A DNA stretch of 63,231 nt, counting the filler, from Basidiobolus ranarum (taxonomy: Eukaryota), in assembly GCA_040143965.1 (NCBI GenBank). It is 25 parts of 25 records of this genome, joined end to end, with 100 filler letters (N's around TTAATTAATTAA, not from the genome) between each part and the next. Parts side by side here need not be neighbours in the genome. Positions count along the whole stretch, not along the records: positions 60,809 to 63,231 come from JASJQH010010231.1; 24 more parts are not named here. One strand, written 5' to 3'. Of this stretch, positions 60,809 through 63,231 are shown in pieces. Both the position numbers and the translations under genes were made by a program. Positions within the stretch are counted from its first letter, which is position 1. Every line of letters begins with the position of its first letter. The notes beneath the pieces are model-generated. The model was not told where the DNA came from. It saw only the letters and a program-made list of their open reading frames with translations, and ran no database searches.

Positions 60809-62990
60809 GAACAAGATGGTTTTGGGACTAAATTTTGTAATTCCACCAGATCTGGAGCTATGTAAAGGTTGCCTATATGGTAGGCAACACAGACAGCCAT
60901 TTGTGGGCTCTGGAATGAGCAAAATTGATCAAAAATTGGGCCTGATACACTCAGATCTGTGTGGCCCAATGCAGGCAAATTCCTAAGGCAGGAAAAGGTA
61001 TTTTCTGACCTTTAATGATGATAAGACAAAGTACACTTTGGTGTACTCTCTGGCCAGTGAGGATGAAGCCTTTGATACCTTCAAGAAGTTCAAGGTAATG
61101 GTCGAGACTGAAACAGGTCTAAAGATTAAGATTATCCATACTGATAATAGAGGGGAATACACCTCAAAACTTTTCTCTAACTTCTGCCCAACACATGGGA
61201 TAAAACAGCAGACTACAGTGCCATACTCTCCACAGCAGAATGGAGTAGCAGAATGTGCAAACAGATCAATAATAGAAAAGGCAAGATCAATGCTTCATGA
61301 TCAAGATTTAGCAAAAGAGTTCTGTGCTGAATTGGTTGCAACTGAAGTATATATTAGGAATAGATGTCCTTCTAGGTCTCCATTGGCTATGACACCTTAT
61401 CAAGCTTGGTTTAGAAGTAAATCTGATGTGGCAAATCTCAGAGTTTTTGCAAGTATTGCATATGCAATGATTCCAGACCAGAAGAGATCAAAATTAGACC
61501 AGAAAAGCCAGAAATGTCTTTTTTTAGGATATTGTGATGGAACAAGAGGGTACCAGCTATGTGATACTAAAAATAAGAGGCTAATCATATCAAGGGATGT
61601 GGAATTTGCTGAAGAAGAAAAATTTTCAATCAAAACAATCCAGGATCAAGAAAAACAACCAAAAATTGATGAGATTCTACTTTTTCTCACCAGATCCTGA
61701 TCAGTGAGAAAAACATTGAAAATTCCTCACCTGCAGTCTCCTCAACCAAGCCTGAGGTGGTTTCATTGCCTAAATTGGTACCAGAAGTTGTAGTGCCAAT
61801 TTCCCATCTTAGGAGATCCAATTGGATGAGATCTCTGCCTGATTACTACTCTCACACTAGCCAAAAGGAGCCTAGTGCTAATTTAGCCTTTTCTGATGAA
61901 CCCAAATCAGTACAGGAGGCTATGGAGAGTCCCAACACAAAGTTTTGGAGTGCTGCAATGGCAGAGGAGTATCAGTCACTCATAGATAACCAAACTTGGA
62001 CTTTGGTTAAGTTACCTGATGACCAATTATCAATCGGATGCAAATGGGTGTTTAAAGTTAAACAGCAAGCTGATGGATCTGTAGAGAGATATAAAGCCAG
62101 ACTTGTGGCTAAAGGATACTCTCAAATGGAAGGAGTGGACTACAATGAAACTTTTGCTCCTGTAGCAAAGTTTAATTCCATCAGAACCATACTAGCAGTA
62201 GCAGCAAAACACAGCTTAAAAATCCATCAAATGGATGTCAAAACTGCTATTTTGAATGGGGACTTAGAAAAGGATATAATCATGGATTAATGAAATGGTT
62301 TTGTGGATCCTGAGCACCCAGAGGATGTGTGTAAGCTACAAAAAGAATTTATGGACTTAAACCATCACCCAGGGCCTGGTACACTACAATAGGCACATAC
62401 TTCAAATTACTTGATTTCCAAAAGAGTACAGTGGATTTTGGGAACTACTTGAAGACAGATAAAGACAATAAGATGATACTTGCTTTATATGTTGATCATC
62501 TGATTATAGCTACCAATAATGATGAAGCTCTCAGGAACACCAAAAGAGATCTATCAGACCAATTAAAAATGACCAATTTAGGTGAACTTATGTATTTTTT
62601 GGGCCTGTAGATCCATACAGATATATTGAGCAAATCTGTCACTCTGAATCAATCTAAATACATCTCAGACATTCTCAGACATTACAGGATGAAGAATTGT
62701 AAGCCAGTAGCAACTCCCCTGGAACCCGGTGTCAAATTAGTCAAAAATCCCATCAAAAAAAAATGAAAATCGGCCAAATATGGCTCAAAACATGTCATTT
62801 GAAAGCCCTGAGTTCCCTTATCAATCTATGATGGGTAGTTTGGTCTATGGTATGACTGGAACCTGGCCAGATATCTCTTTTGCAGTGGGAGTAGTCAGCC
62901 AGTATGTGCAAAACCCAGGATCTGAGCATTATGCAGTGGTTAAGTGGATTTTCAGATATTTGAAGAGGACAATTGATATAGGATTAAGAC
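60809..62990 (+). mobile_element. Ty1/Copia pol (integrase and RT), degenerate
   Basis: IHSDLCGPM, TDNRGEY, PQQNGVAE, LRVFAS, WVFKVK...RYKARLVAKGYSQMEGVDYNETFAPV and HQMDVKTA. Confidence 0.95.
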
Positions 62991-63024
62991 AAACATATTC
63001 TTATGAGAATAAGGATCTAATTGA

Positions 63025-63231
63025 TGAAATTAGCATTGCCTAAACACCTATATAGTCATATATAGCTTGGTACTTGGCTATCTTATAATTCACTAAGATA
63101 TTATCAATTATTATCAATCAGAATTTACTTAGAATATTTTTACCAACTTAGAAGTTCTCAGATATATAGATTTTTCAAACTTGTGCTAGAAGCCCCAAGC
63201 TTTGCACACATGTTCCTGGGACCTTCCTTAA
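63025..63231 (+). mobile_element. Family B core plus start of right arm
   Basis: Matches 9775-9960; 63176-63231 equals arm 10999-11054. Confidence 0.7.

Overview
This window is not one locus. It is 25 unrelated contigs of about 2.4 kb, sorted by decreasing length (2445 to 2423 bp) and joined by artificial 100-bp linkers (44 N + TTAATTAATTAA + 44 N), so neighbourhood across linkers carries no meaning. The source is an AT-rich eukaryote with ~60-nt GT-AG introns, BiP ending in HDEL, a GH18 chitinase, a chitin deacetylase, and Sfp1- and Ted1-like genes. That points to a fungus, probably early-diverging (zygomycete-grade; inference). About half the contigs are nested, degenerate transposons that have lost almost all CpG: Ty1/Copia, Ty3/Gypsy, a CACTA/Tnp2-like family, a foldback element and a TIR element. 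The rest carry whole or partial host genes (Ted1-like, PRE3, TMX-like thioredoxin, acylphosphatase, chitin deacetylase, KAR2, SFP1-like, Kre9/Knh1-like, chitinase, a LisH factor, ATP1) and three tRNA genes. Main leads: (1) Fanzor-like (eukaryotic TnpB) fragments, including an intron-flanked RuvC-II/zinc-finger exon; (2) a pseudogene of a group I truncated haemoglobin fused to a protoglobin/sensor-globin domain; (3) four ORF-less units sharing a TATA box, a fixed-spaced leader, a hairpin and AATAAA, arranged in tandem pairs on two contigs, a candidate short ncRNA family. All family assignments come from recognising motifs by eye; no searches were run.
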